Positions 1 through 14,061 of a stretch of DNA of 64,000 bases are shown here, piece by piece (positions within the stretch are counted from its first letter, which is position 1; each line of letters begins with the position of its first letter). Under the pieces are notes generated by a model. It made no database searches. It was not told the DNA's origin and worked only from the letters and a program-made list of their open reading frames with translations. Source of the stretch: Epiperipatus broadwayi (Eukaryota > Animalia > Onychophora); contig JAQFVV010000001.1 of the NCBI GenBank assembly GCA_028023455.1, forward strand, positions 6,944,001 to 7,008,000, given 5' to 3'. A program made the translations under genes and the position numbers.

Positions 1-1138
1 TTTTGATTGAAAATAATAAATATTTTCAGTTTATAAAATAAAATAAAAATATACTAGTTCTCTTTTAATATAGATTGAAATGATTTTCTATAATAATAAA
101 GAAGTTAATTAAAGATATTATATAGCTTATTGAGTGTTTGATACATTATCTAAATTTAGAGAAGTGAAAATAAAATTATGTTTTTTATTAAAAAGTTATG
201 GCCATCACTAGAAAAGTCAAGAAATTAGTCAAGTGTTGATCCCACACCTCTCAGTGTAGTGTGTTTTGTGCTCTTTGAAAAAAGTGATAACATATGTGCC
301 AATAAAATTGATTCATTTTTTTTTAATATAAGTAATGTAGCTTTTTATTCGTAAGTATCTACACAAATATATATATATAAGCAATGTTGAAATTTAACCT
401 ATTTCATTTTTTATAAATGTTATCAGTTGCATCAAATAACAATAGCTAATAAATTTTTAAGTATATAATATTAGATCATTGGGATATCTTTTATTTACTA
501 AATCTGAAACTTGGGGAATAGAAGATTAGACTTACATTATGCATTTTCAGAAGACCATTTCACTCATTTCTCCCTATGTCATCAACCATAATTCAAAAAT
601 AACAAAAAAAAAATTATTATTCAAAATTTTTATGGAAAAAAAAAAAATCCATAAAGCACTTCAATAATTATCTATTTTTATGATGATTAAAATATATTTG
701 TAGAATTTCTACTTAGTTTGCCTGTAAAATTAACTATAGTTTAAGCAGGCAACAGAAATTTGTTTGTTTTGTGACTAATTTATGGATATTATAAAAAAAA
801 TTTCCAACTACAAATATTATATCCTTGTTCATATTTTATATATTCTTTTTATATATATATGTACCTGTTTTGCTCTTCATTATATAAATCATGTTTAGTG
901 AAAACTTTGAAACGATTTTATTTACCATCACGGTTGTACTTGTCCTTTTCAAGGCTGAGACGCTTAGTTAAGTTACAGGCTGTCACTCATGTAAGATTCA
1001 TAAAAGTTTGAAAACTTTTTGCATATTTTTTGGGGGACTTTTTATAGCTGTGGAATCTCAGGCTAGCTGTGTGTATTTTTATCATTATTATATGAATAGA
1101 TTATAAAAGAATTTATTCAAACTTTTATTTTATTTTAG

Positions 1139-1196
1139 CTACTTGTTTCATTATATCGTTGAAGACAGAATAATTTATATGTGTATAACTGATGAT
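1139..1196 (+). CDS. VAMP7: VAMP7 coding exon (first one in the window; longin domain)
   Basis: ttttag|C TAC TTG...GAT GAT|gtaagt; translates YLFHYIVEDRIIYMCITDD, matching VAMP7 YLFHYICQDRIVYLCITDD. The start-codon exon is not in the window. Confidence 0.93.
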
Positions 1197-1268
1197 GTAA
1201 GTATCATTTTATATTTGTCCTAAATTATAAAGTGAAAATATTTTAAGTAAAATTCATTTTATTTTTAG

Positions 1269-1318
1269 GATTTTGAAAGATCAAGAGCTTTTTTATTTTT
1301 AGGAGAAATTAAAAAAAG
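1269..1318 (+). CDS. VAMP7: VAMP7 coding exon
   Basis: AG/GT bounded, phase-compatible after a 72-bp intron; DFERSRAFLFLGEIKK(R). Confidence 0.93.
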
Positions 1319-1960
1319 GTAAACATTTTTTATATGCATATGTGTGTCAATACGAAATTTTAATTTTAAAATGTTTGTTTAAATCTTAATGTTTTCGTTT
1401 TTTTTTTTTGTTTAATTAATTTTTAAAATGCTCTTTTTAAAAGTGAAACCTTATCACGATAAATTTTATTTTACTTTGTTGGAGCAAGGCTTATTCTGAA
1501 AGATATTTTTGCCTTTATTTTAAAATATAGATGTAAAGTAAACATTGTCTAATTTTAGATTTGTATGTGTGTGTGTGTAAATATATAGTAATGTCTCATA
1601 AATTTAATACCATAGAAAAAAAATGGAAGCCAAAACAAAAACTTTATGGAATTTTCATTACATCTAGCACAAAATTTTTGATATTTCATCCTGACAATCA
1701 ATTCATAATTAATGATGTCAGAAGTAATATCACTACATTCTTAAATAAAACTAGTGCACACATTGAAAATTCTTATTTTTTACGCATATACCTATACATT
1801 TAAAATAGTCTCGAGATACCAGACTTAAAGAACATCTTATATATATTTTAAAACAGGCAAAACTCACTATATATATTGCCACACACAGCAAGCTAGAGTA
1901 ATCAATGGATGCCAGAAAGCTTGCAGATAAAATCCCCATCTAGTATCTACTCATCCAATA

Positions 1961-2002
1961 TCCCCAGACTAGTTTCTGGCTTATGGCCTTCATCAGTGAG
2001 GA
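1961..2002 (-). ncRNA. Minimal type I hammerhead ribozyme (family 1)
   Basis: UCCUCA CUGAUGA a GGC cauaa GCC a GAAA CUAG UC UGGGGA; palindromic ACUAGU stem III, GUC cleavage triplet. Confidence 0.8.
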
Positions 2003-2416
2003 GCCTTGGATTTGAGAACACTGCACCTAGATCTTAGGATCTAATGCAGCCCTCCAGCAACCACCTTTTATCTCCATTTAACTACAAAACTATGAGTCTT
2101 AAACTGAAAACACCTTAATGTTTTCAATACAAGCCCATTAGATTATATAGTCATATGGGTCTGAAACCCATTTCAGTACCCATACATTTTGGTGTCTTTG
2201 GTTCTTTAATAACCATAGCCACCACTATCCTATTAGGCAGGATTGGTTTTAAGCCAATAAACATCACATGACCACCATCTCTTATGCTTGTGTATAACTG
2301 TTGTTAAAACAGGCAAAACTCACTATATATATTGCCACACACAGCAAGCTAGAGTAATCAATGGATGTCAGAAGGCTTGTGCATAAAATCCCCATCTAGT
2401 GTTTACTCATCCAATA

Positions 2417-2458
2417 TCCCCAGACTAGTTTCTGGTTTATGGCCTTCGTCAGTGAGGA
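2417..2458 (-). ncRNA. Hammerhead ribozyme copy (family 1), stem II mismatch
   Basis: CUGACGA core intact; stem II reads GGC/ACC. Confidence 0.6.
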
Positions 2459-2649
2459 GCTGAAAACACCTTAATGTTTTCAATACAAGCCCATTAGCTT
2501 ATATAGTCATATGGGTCTGAACCCAGTTCAGTACCCATACATTTTGGTGTCTTTGGTTCTTTAATAACCATAGCCACCACTATCCTATTAAGCAGGATTG
2601 GTTTTAAGCCAATAAACATCACATGACCACCATCTCTCAGATCCAAGGC

Positions 2650-2691
2650 TCCTCACTGACAAAGGCCATAAGCCAGAAACTAGTCTGGGGA
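2650..2691 (+). ncRNA. Hammerhead ribozyme copy (family 1), core mutated
   Basis: CUGACAA (G8 to A), otherwise the same fold; probably inactive. Confidence 0.55.
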
Positions 2692-3095
2692 TATTGGATG
2701 AGTAGACACTAGATGGGGATTTTATGCACAAACCTTCTGGCATTCATTGATTACTCTAGCTTGCTGTGTGTGGCAATATATATAGTGAGTTTTGCCTGTT
2801 TTAACAACAGCTACACACAAGCATAAGAGATGGTGGTCATGTGATGTTTATTGGCTTAAAACCAATCCTGCCTAATAGGATAGTGGTGGCTATGGTTATT
2901 AAAGATACCAAAATGTATGGGTGCTGAACTGGGTTCAGACCCATATGACTATATAAGCTAATGGGCTTGTATTGAAAACATTAAGGTGTTTTCAGTTTAA
3001 GACTCATAGTTTTGTAGTTAAATGGAGATAAAAGGTGATTGCTGGAGGGTTGCATTAGATCCTAAGATCTAGGTGCAGTGCTCTCAGATCAAGGC

Positions 3096-3137
3096 TCCTC
3101 ACTGACGAAGGCCATAAGCCAGAAACTAGTCTAGGGA
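3096..3137 (+). ncRNA. Hammerhead ribozyme (family 1), sense to the VAMP7 pre-mRNA
   Basis: UCCUCA CUGACGA a GGC cauaa GCC a GAAA CUAG UC UAGGGA; one stem I mismatch. Confidence 0.72.
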
Positions 3138-5317
3138 TATTGGATGAGTAGACACTAGTTGGGGAGTTTATGCACAAGCCTTCTGGAATCCATTGATTAC
3201 TCTAGCTTGCTGTGTGTGGCAATATATATATAGTGAGTTTTGTTTGTTTTAACAACAGTTATACACAAGCATAAGAGATGGTGGTCATGTGATGTTTATA
3301 TATATTTTTAGGTACTTGTATTATATTCAAGATTTTTTAAAGACTGAATTTATTCAGAATTATCAAATTCATATAGAAAAATGCTTTTCACAAAATTCTA
3401 TTTTTTTTTTAATTACTAATCTATTTTTCATTTGAAAATGAAATGCAAAATATATATATTTTTTAAGTCTTACATTTTTGTTTTTAGTTAGAATTGAATA
3501 ATGTTGTGTGTTTTTTTTTTTTTTTTGATACTATCTACTGACTTCTCATAATATCTGAATAAATTGTTTAATAGAAAAATGAAGACTATTGAACAAATTA
3601 ACATTGCATCCACAGCCGAATTAATAGTTGCATTAGCAGACTTGTTGCAAAGTAATGATACTACATGATCCATTCATGAGATGAAAGTTTGAGAAGCTCA
3701 TATGATAGTTATATTGTTTACTATCTTTTATTTATTGATGCAAAACGTTTGTTCATCAATTATCTATCAAAAGTAGCATCCATCACATTCTAAATTTCCC
3801 AGATAGCATCAATATACATTTCATTTCTATAGAAATTTATTAGTTGTGATCTTAATTTATGAATGGAATTTTATAAATGAACAGATATCCTTAGGAAAAG
3901 AAATTTGGAACATTTGTTTCAACATATTAGGGCAATGCTTAATGTTCTCATTCTTGTGTGATAATCAATTAGACAAAATGTTTAAGTAGTCGATAATGAT
4001 AGCTATATTGAGCTAGTTATGGAAATAAAAGTTCTTTTACATTTTTTTGCCTATGATATTAGTAGAGCTATATTATATGCTATATAAACATCATACATTA
4101 ATTATAAAAGGTCATATTATGTTGATGAAATTTGATTATAATAAAATATAATTTACTAAACTGCAAGTGTATAGTATCCATATATAAAAATTACAGTATA
4201 AACAAAATTTTAAAAAAATAATGTATTTAATAAATTGGGGAATACATTTACTCATGTTTTTGGGTGTCTATGTTCATTTATTTACATTCACTCAAAAAAT
4301 AATAAAAAACTTACTGTACCTTTTTTTTTTTTTTAATAAAATGTTAGTGAACTGTTAGACTTTATAGCAATTAAATAAGTATTGATGACATACTTTTTCT
4401 TCAATAATTTTCTTTATGAAAATGTAATAATCTTGTTTGCTTCAGATTATGGCTTTTCTAATTTGTTTTGATATTATAAATCTGTATTGACTTCAGAACC
4501 TATACAGTCATCCCTATTTGCCATTACCCATCTCAGATTGTTAGTTAAACCTATCAAACTTAAATCTTTCCAATGCAATACAAGAATGTTCAAAGGGTTT
4601 TTTCTACCACTAATAACTTAATATTTTTTATCTTATTGCATGAGAAAGATATTTTACAAATTTATTGCACATTACGCTGTACAACTCAAAATTTGGAATA
4701 GGTGCAAAAAATAAATAAAATACATATACTTTTATGTACAGTACTGAGACAAAAAAAATGATTGCTGACATATTATAAAATGTATTTAGAAATTTTATAT
4801 TGTTTTTTTTTTTGTTTATTTACTTTTTTTTTAGAATTAGGATTATGTACATTGATACAGTGCATATTGCAGCTTCACTATATATACTTACTTATTTGTA
4901 AATAAATCTAGAGAGATGTAAGTCCTAATCACAGTGTACAAAAATTTGTTATATAATCTTTATACCCTTTGAAAAAACTGACCAATTTCATTGCAAACTA
5001 TAAATTTCGAGAACATCTCATTATCTGTTTCATAGGAACACCCGCTACTATAATAATAATCAAACTGTAATGTGAAAGCATGAATATTCAGCACTGCAGT
5101 CTTTCTTGACATGTACATCCTATAGGATGACTGGTCAGTTTTTTTCTTGTAGTTTCACAATTGTACAATAAATGTTTTGCAGATAGGGGTTTCATCTCTC
5201 CAGATATAATAGGTGCATTAAACAAAAAAAAAACTTCACAAATGAAAATTACAACCAAGTTTAACAAATATATTCTTACTTATATTTATCCATAATTTGA
5301 TTCTTATTTTTTTTATA

Positions 5318-5392
5318 TTCTTAAAAGGTAATCTTTGCCTATCAAATATTATTTTTCTTAAAAGGTAATCTTTGCCTATCAAATATTATTTT
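5318..5392. repeat. 37-bp tandem duplication
   Basis: ttcttaaaaggtaatctttgcctatcaaatattattt occurs twice. Confidence 0.85.
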
Positions 5393-5498
5393 ATGAGCAA
5401 TATTACATTTATGAAATATAATACACACATAAATATATATTTAAACTATAGAATTTTTAACTTCTGAAATTACTTTTAATGTGTATATAAAATTTTAG

Positions 5499-5586
5499 AT
5501 TTCAGCAATCTTATGGTGCTCGGGCTCAAACAGCACTTCCCTTTTCTATGAATACAGAATTTTCAAGAGTATTAGCTACACAAATG
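5499..5586 (+). CDS. VAMP7: VAMP7 coding exon
   Basis: AG/GT bounded; (R)FQQSYGARAQTALPFSMNTEFSRVLATQM. Confidence 0.94.
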
Positions 5587-6210
5587 GTAAGGTTTAATAG
5601 AGAGATATGATCATTATAATATTATATTGTGTGAGAGTATTTAATATTTATGTGTGAATGTTGTGTATATAAAATATAATTAGAAATCTTACCTATGATC
5701 TTTAATGTAAAATGGAAAAAATAATATAATTATTTGTTAGAATTATTCAATTAAATTTTTATATAATATTTATTATTAGTAAGTGTTGGAAGTGAACTTG
5801 GATAGTAATTCTGGCAACAATTAATGTTCTAGACCTGGAAAAAGCCAGCAGCCAAAATAATATGCAAATTTAATTATAAAATTTTCATCAGAAATATTTA
5901 AGTAGGCTATAAGAATTAAAACAAATTGATATTAATTTGGAATCAAACACCATTTTTATTGTTGAACTAATCCCATAACAATTAAATGCATTGTATATGT
6001 ATATTTATAGTTCACTGACAAAGTAAAAAATAATAAAAGTTATATTTTATTTTTCCATTTGTATTTTTTTTTTTTTATTGATTGGTTTGTCTTCAATTTT
6101 AATTTATTCTTTAAGCAATAATATTAACAGTTAAATAAAAATTTCATATATTTTAAAAATTAATGATATATATGTATGAATAATTTAAACTATTATAACT
6201 TTTTTTATAG

Positions 6211-6301
6211 AAATTTTTTTCTGAAAGCAAAGACAGTGATACAATATCTAGGGTTCAAGGAGAATTGGATGAATTGAAAGATATTATGGTTAAAAATATT
6301 G
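6211..6301 (+). CDS. VAMP7: VAMP7 coding exon (start of SNARE motif)
   Basis: AG/GT bounded; KFFSESKDSDTISRVQGELDELKDIMVKNI(D). Confidence 0.94.
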
Positions 6302-9300
6302 GTAAGGAAATAAATAAAAGCTGATTTCTAGAAATAATTGCAGTAATTTTCAAGTTCAGTAAATATGTATCTATATAGCATTATTTTTTATAATATATGT
6401 AATTGATTCCAAAATCTCATTTGTTAAAAGAACCCTTCATTTTAGAAAACCTTGAATACATGCATTTAGGGGTAATCTATTCTAAGCCATGAATCTAAAG
6501 TAAAGTTATAAAATAATTTATTTAACTTTTATACTGTACATATAAATTTGAAAAGCATAAATAGTCTTTTCGTAATGAAAAGTAGTCAAACTTTCCTTTA
6601 TAAAGCTATGAAAAAAATTTTATGCTCAAAAAAAAAAAAATCTTTTAACATAAACAAATTGAAATGATATAAGCATCAATCCACGGTAGTAGAGATATCA
6701 TTTGCTCACTATTCTATGGGGAAAAATTTATTAATTTAATGTAAGCTTTGTGATTCTAACTTTACTTACGTACTGTCCATGTAAAATTTGAAAAGCATAA
6801 TCTGTCTTCTTTAATGTAATCCAATTGATGTGTTATAATCTCCATAGTGCTGAAACTGAAAGATTCTGAATTATCTGCCATTACCATTTATCATAACATG
6901 TGCATTCATTGACTTATATATTTATTGTTTACATTTTTGACAGTTTTACCTCTTTCTCATGTGAAAATTATTTGTAGTTTTGACAACAATAGTAATAATC
7001 TTTTTAATTCTGCTTTTCAGGCTTATGACAAATTAAAAATATGTACTTATTTCAATAATTTTAAAAGAATGCTTACAGCATTTTTATTGCTAAAAATACA
7101 AATAAGTATTAAATTGGCAATTGAGCTATATAACACATGACAGAATTTTCATTGATAAAAATATTAATAATTAAGTATTAAATTAGTAATTGAGCTATAT
7201 AAAACATGGTATAGTTGTATCCTGCTTTAATGTTCATTGTATAAATCTTAATGGGAAGGAGTGTTTATTGTACAGTTTAATTGTTGTAGAAGAGTATATT
7301 CGTACAGACTTTACTGTATGTGTGTGTGCATACAGTGGAACCACAAACTATACTGTATCTAACTATACAATTTCAATTATTTGCTATCCAAAGAAAAATG
7401 TAAATAAATAAAAAAAACCCAAAGAAACCATTAAAATTCGCAAAATTTTATATTTGAGCAGAATTTTTTTTCTCTCTCTGAGCATTGTACATGATTATAT
7501 GTGTTAATAAAATTTCTTTATGTTGAAAGCACATATATTTTATTCATTCTGTATTCTCCTTCAAGAATTTGATGTGCAGTAGTTTGCATTTTAAATTATT
7601 TTCTAGGATTAATATTGGAAGTTTTACAAAATTTTTAAATGTATTTAAAGATAATATTGATTAAAAAAAATAGTAATAAAAGAAATCATAATTTCTCGTT
7701 ATAAGTCTTATGTTTCTAATAGTATCTCCCTCAATTTTTTATTAATAAATTATATTATTGTTTAAAATTTTATTTATACAAACATATAAAAAAAGTTTAT
7801 CATGTGTGTGTGTGTTGAAAAGAATTGTGCACTTGCAGTTTAATAAACAACAGTTTCTATTTTAATCATTGTTTATTAATAAAAGATAAGCTGTTATATG
7901 CTATATATGTGAAAAGGATTTGAACAAAATATAGTATAGTTCGTATCTATTGTTGTATATATATATATATGAAGATGTACTATAAAGGCACAAATAGTGG
8001 AAGTACAAATAAAATTGAATTCAAAATGAAAAAATAATATTATAATCAGACTGAGTGATAAGTTTAGTGCAAATTATCAATTACACATAATTTAAACTTA
8101 TATCACCAAACAAGTTTGCAATTTGATGAAGTAGTGATTGAATTAATGTAAATATAAAGAACTGTTTTTGAATGGATCAAATAACATTTTAAAAATTATT
8201 GTGAAAGATTTTAATGTAAAAATTATAAAACATTTGCAAGATGAAAGTGTGGAAAACAAGTGTGGCAATGAAACCAGAAATGAACAGGGATTAATGAAAT
8301 TATATATGCTTAATGTTCATTACTTGTAAAATGTAAGAAAATCTATTGATGCAAAATGGACAAAAGTCAATAGGAAAGACAATAACTATTGTTGCTAATC
8401 TTCATAATATCCTGATGAAATTAAGTTAGAATTCACAAATCATTTAAAATCTTTAAAATATTAAAAATTATTCTCACTAAAATCAAGATAGCAAGACAAG
8501 AAATGCTATAATTCCTCAATACAAGGCCAATGTATGAGGAAAAGAAATATTGTAAAAAATGATATATTTAAAAAAATTGAATATGTATAATCAGTAAAAT
8601 GGTATTAAAAATCCTTAATAGTGACTTAAGTAAATACAATTGGGTCATCATTTCAAATAATACATGCAATATTTTAACAATTTTGAAGGTGATTGTTTTG
8701 GATTTTTTTCAAATTTGATTCAGGTATACTACCAGAAGTAATAAAAATTACAAATTTTTACTTGATATAATTTTGAAATTACAATTATTTGAAATCTCCA
8801 GAAAATCACAATTTTTCATTCATTTATTGAATTGTACAATTAAGACAAAAAAAATACACAATTATAGTATTTTTAGGCTTCCATATGCTATGTAACCTTC
8901 CTAGTTTTTTCCCCATCAATTTGTAATTTCACTGTTACTTAATAAGAATTTCGACCTTTAATTGTCATAAATCTAAATTTTAATTTATTTATTTTTTTAA
9001 AAAAACACCAAAAACTTGTGTATCTTGGCATTATTTGTGGAATGTTTCATTATAGTTACAAAGGGATCGTATTTTTTCTTATACAGATCAAAAAAATAAC
9101 TTTATGAGAGCATAATTTCATTCAAAAATTGAATTATAAGATTAGCATTTTAAAATAGATTAAATAAATGAATGAGAAGCTTTGTAAAACAAAATTGTTA
9201 CAATTTAGAACTTCAGTGCATGATGGGAATAACTGCTATTATCTAAAGATCTTGATATTGGTCAGTTTCAAGTTGCAAAGTAGTTTTATACATTCTATTG

Positions 9301-12300
9301 CTAAAGTTATTAGTCATTAGTCAGCTTTATGTTTTGGCTTTTCTGAAGTGAGTGAGCACAGTGCGTATTGATTTGAGTTGTTGTTGTTTTTTTTAATGCA
9401 AATAATATATAATTTATATATGGTATATATACAAGTAGTGTTGAATGGATGTATTTATTTTAAATTCATTACGGTTGAAAATATAAATAAAACTGCTAAG
9501 ATTTTCTGTTGTCAACCCATTTAATAAAGATAATACCAAGATTGTAGAACAAGTCTCAAACATATGATGACAGAAAACATCCCAATAGCAAGTATCAGTA
9601 CACCAGACTATAATCAATAAGTGGATGAATTTGTAGACTTAGATATTAATTTGGAAAATCTCAATAAGTCTTTCAGCAGTCTTGCTGAGTCACTTATAGC
9701 TAAAAAATGGTTGCAGGTGCCAATATATATTCTGTGTAAAAAGTTAAGAAGAATAAAAAGTTTGATAGGGTAAGTACTGACCTGAGCAAGTGAAGATATA
9801 CATGTCATGAAAAATAATTTTGATTATAAAATGCTAAGTATGAATGAAAAAATAAATGTTAATAGTTCTACCAATAAGCTGGATGTACAAAACAAATACA
9901 AGAGGAATTTGGAGTTAGCAAAAAAAATAAAATCTTCAGTAAAAGAAAAAAATATATATGCAATATCAAATCCAAAAACCTATAAGTTTTTAAACAAATC
10001 TTTAATGATTAAAAAATACTTCTGACTTTATTGCCCAGGGGTTCATGAGAAATCAGAGTGCCAAGATCCTGGGACCTTCCGATCCCAAGTTGAACACTCT
10101 ACCAATTACACTAAACGGTGTAGGGCATGTTAATGGTAATATTAGTCATCATTCATCTGGAAAAAAAGATTTTGTTTCAGTGAAACAAGTGGCAAGACTA
10201 AAATACATGTACAAAAAAAGACTACTATTAAGGAAATTGAAAAGAGCCGGGTCTTAGTTGGAGAAAGTGACCTCTCAATTTATATTTGTACAATATATCA
10301 GGACAGGGCTTTTTTGTTTTTAAATAATAAAAAAATGCCAGAGCACACTTCTTGTCAAACTTTTTACTAAAGAAAATTATATTCAAATATCATTCCAATG
10401 CTATGAAACAAAAAAATTAAACAAAATTTAACATAATTTTTTTATTTTAGACAATGTCAAATCTAAAACAAACATCATTTTTTTGATCTAATGACCAGCA
10501 ATCTGGCCAATTATTTTGAGTTCGGCATTGCACCTCAAAATCCAACTTGCACCAATATTTCCACATTTTCTGTGATCATTTTGGACTTTTTATTAGTGGA
10601 ACCGAAGGTCGAGAAGTAACTGAAAATGTTTTCCATTTTTAAACTTGGGGTAAACTTTTACACTAAAAAATAAATAAAATAAAAATAACGACATCAAATT
10701 TACATAAAAATAAAGAAATTAAATATTCCACACATTGTCAATCGCTATGCAAGTGCATTCAATTACAAACTGTGCGTGCATTGCTGTAATCAATTGACCC
10801 ATGAGTGACCAATGGGGACGTGGATGAATCCATACGTATTTCATCTGATTCATAAAACACCATATTTTTTTATTTGTTCGAATTATATAAATATGGATTG
10901 TAATCATGTACGTGTGATACCATTTCATCTAATTATGTTTGAAACATTAAAAATACACTAAAAAAACTGCTGGAATGATGTTCCACTGCATTACATGACA
11001 AAAAAAGCCCTATATCAAGATATGAAACTTATTTTGTAAGTTGTTAAATTAAAAAATGTTAAGCTCACTAATTGTAATTACTATTATAAATCTTATGTGA
11101 TGAGACATTGAGTCTTACAATTTTTATATATTATCAAATTAAAATGGAGTTAAACATATAAATGTATGTACTTTATACAATCTAGTATTCCTTTTATTAA
11201 TATTTTCTTACAAATGCAGCATAAAAAATACAGAAACTGGATCTAGTTATAAAGTGATCTTTATTTTAGAATAGAAAAATCTGGTATAAAGTATAAACTC
11301 TAGAATAATGCTGAACTTAATTTTGACTACAGAGTAGTTGGTTATATATTAAATTTCATTGCAATTTATTTCCATAATAAATGATTAAAATTTGGAGAAA
11401 ACTATATAGCCAAATTACAACTTTTCTAAAGCTATTTAATCTTAAAAATCAAAAGGAAATTAATTCTTTAAAAGACTATAATCAGATATGTTCCTAAAGC
11501 AGTTTTATCTATTTTGATTAATACAGTTATGTGTAAGGGTTTGATTAAAAATGGGAAATAGAAATGTTAATTAATAATCCCTATAATTTAAAGATTTTCA
11601 GAAAAAATACGTCAGAGGGAAAGAGGGTACACTTCCAGAAAAATTATACATATAGGAATGCAACTTGTAAGACAAATTATTGATTTTCTCAACTATTATC
11701 ACCTCTAATCATGGATAAACATCAGAATTTCTCAGTGCAGTATTTGGAAAAAATATTTTAGTAATTTACTGAATCTACCTTGTAATTTTTCTGTGATTAG
11801 AATCTAGATTTGGTAATGTATAATGTTTTAGCTGTTAGCTATGAAAACTATTTTTTTAGTAGAATATAGTGACATATTTTTTCCCACATGAAGAATGAAA
11901 AATCTTCATAGTTGCATCATATAACTAGAATGTTTTCAGGTATGAGTGAAGTGTTTAGTTTTAGATAGTTTATACAAAGAAAACTAATTATTCCATTCCA
12001 AAAAAAAAAAATATTTTTGGTTGATAATTTAAATTATAATTGTATAAGATTTTGTTTGTTGTCCTTTTAAGGGATAAACTAGAAAATTTAGAATCCATTC
12101 ATACATTGAATTGATATTTTGAAAAATAAAAACAAACATAACTGTTATTCAACCTTATTGGCTTCATTTATATAATTTGATATTGTAAATAAGTTACTTT
12201 TTTTTCATTATTAGAAAAGTATAGAATTTCTTTAAAAAATAATTAAAACAACAAAGTCATAGATATTGAAACAGAGAATCCATTTGCTTATAATTTTGGT

Positions 12301-13993
12301 ATTCTTTAAAACGTTCAGCTATTTCATGATAAGCATTGATTATATATTATATTAATGGTGATGAATGTGTAATTATAGTTAACAATTTTCGAAAAATGTT
12401 GTTTTCACAAATACAGCTTTGTCAATGATACTGCCTTAAATTAATACTGCTCATCTTATTGCACAATCATATATAAATATTGTGATTTATAAAAAATCTT
12501 GCTAACATAAGCCATTGTATGAATCCGGTTATTTTATTTAATTTTCTTCATAAATAGCACATAAAATGTTATTTGTGCTATTTGTTTTAGAAGAGTTACA
12601 TGCTTGAAAACTAAAATCCCGGATTGATTCTCAACTGAGTGAAGAAAATAAAAACTTTTTGATCAGTTATACTTAATCTCTTGATTGTTTGGATGTTACA
12701 TGATCTGAGTTAACAATTTAGAAATGATATGGAATCTAGAATTCACTTTTAAGATCATAGTTAAGTTTTATAGTTTCCATTCAAATTATGTTTTTCTATA
12801 ACATCTTAGATTTGGAATTCATCTACAGTATAGCTCAAAGAATATTATTTTCCCTATCATATGTATATTAATTTCTATCCTTCTCATAAAGGAATGTAGA
12901 GTCCTATTTACTATAATTGAGCGATGAATATGGATATTGAAAAAACTGATATATAAATAAGAAAATCATTTAACAAATTAGTATGTCTTGGAAATCAATT
13001 GCCAATCACTTTTAATAAGTCTCATATGTGGTACTTATATGGCAATCATTAATTGAGATATTTTCCATAAGATTATTGCCAAAATCCTACATTGTTAATT
13101 AACAAAAAAAAAAACAGAGCTACTAAACTAATAATAGAAATGTAATTAATTTGGAAAAGTACCATCTTTAAAACTTTGTAATTTGCAACTTAATTTTCTA
13201 TGTAAGAATTTATAAAGTAGTAGTTATTATATCTTCCTGTCCTCACAATTTGCTATTCAAGTCTGAGCCAAGTAAACTTTGGAAATTTTTTCATGTCACA
13301 AACAGGTTTAGGATTTTTCCTTTAAGTTTATAGCCAATCTAGCTAATTAATAATGGTTGATAAATTGATATCTAGTTATTCTTAGGTAGAGAATAATGAT
13401 CCGAGATTAATCTGAGTCAGTTAATGTTCATGTGTTAATTGTAAAATGTATAATATAGTACATTTTGCACTACTGAAGAAAAGAAGTGAATTACTTTTAA
13501 GGGCATCTTTTTGCTATAAATGTTAACAAACCATGATGAAATAAATATTCAATGAGCAGTTGTAACCAAATCTTAATATCATAAATCAGATATCATGAAT
13601 TCTTATTTATCTGTTGTTGCTGAAACCTTCAAGAATGCGTTGCTCAATATCTGATCATCAGTTGCACAAAGATTCTTCTTCTAGTAAACTTTAATTCTAT
13701 ATTTGTTTACTAAATGTTTTTTACTTAATCCAGATGTATTCATTCAAAAATCATCTTTATTTTCAATTAGTTAAATAATACTGGCACTTTGACATTGGTG
13801 GATATTAGTATGCTATCATTATAGATTAACATTTTTTGTTATTGTTATTTTACTGAATTCATTAAATCTTTATTAACTGTAAATAAATTTTCATTTTAAT
13901 AATATATTTTAAATAAATTAGAATTTGTTTGAAGATTTTAAGTGATTGATCTAATTTTACATTAATTTATATTTGCTTTTTTCTTTTCTCCAG

Positions 13994-14061
13994 ATAATAT
14001 TGCAGCCAGAGGAGAAAGACTAGAATTATTGGTTGATAGAACTGAAGATTTAAATTCAAGT
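13994..14061 (+). CDS. VAMP7: VAMP7 coding exon (R-SNARE core)
   Basis: ttttctccag|...|gtaaga; (D)NIAARGERLELLVDRTEDLNSS, including the zero-layer Arg. Confidence 0.95.

Larger units (their letters stand above)
1850..3295. mobile_element. Non-autonomous HHR retroelement, family 1 (~456-bp units in two inverted arms; Penelope pLTR/retrozyme-like)
   Basis: Units start at 1850 and 2306 (second has an internal deletion), inversion at ~2637, then inverse units to 3295; TSD TTATATATATTTT at 1837-1849 and 3296-3308; four HHR motifs. Confidence 0.85.

Noticed and set aside
199-240. ATGGCCATC... as the VAMP7 start exon
   Set aside because: Reads MAITRKVKKLVKC* with no longin similarity; the true first exon is outside the window.
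9300-10260. Clustered short ORFs as a possible LINE ORF1 or gene
   Set aside because: No motif could be recognised; left uncalled.
13533-13623. C/D box snoRNA-like AUGAUGA...CUGA in a VAMP7 intron
   Set aside because: No terminal stem and no recognisable guide; such motifs are expected by chance in AT-rich DNA.
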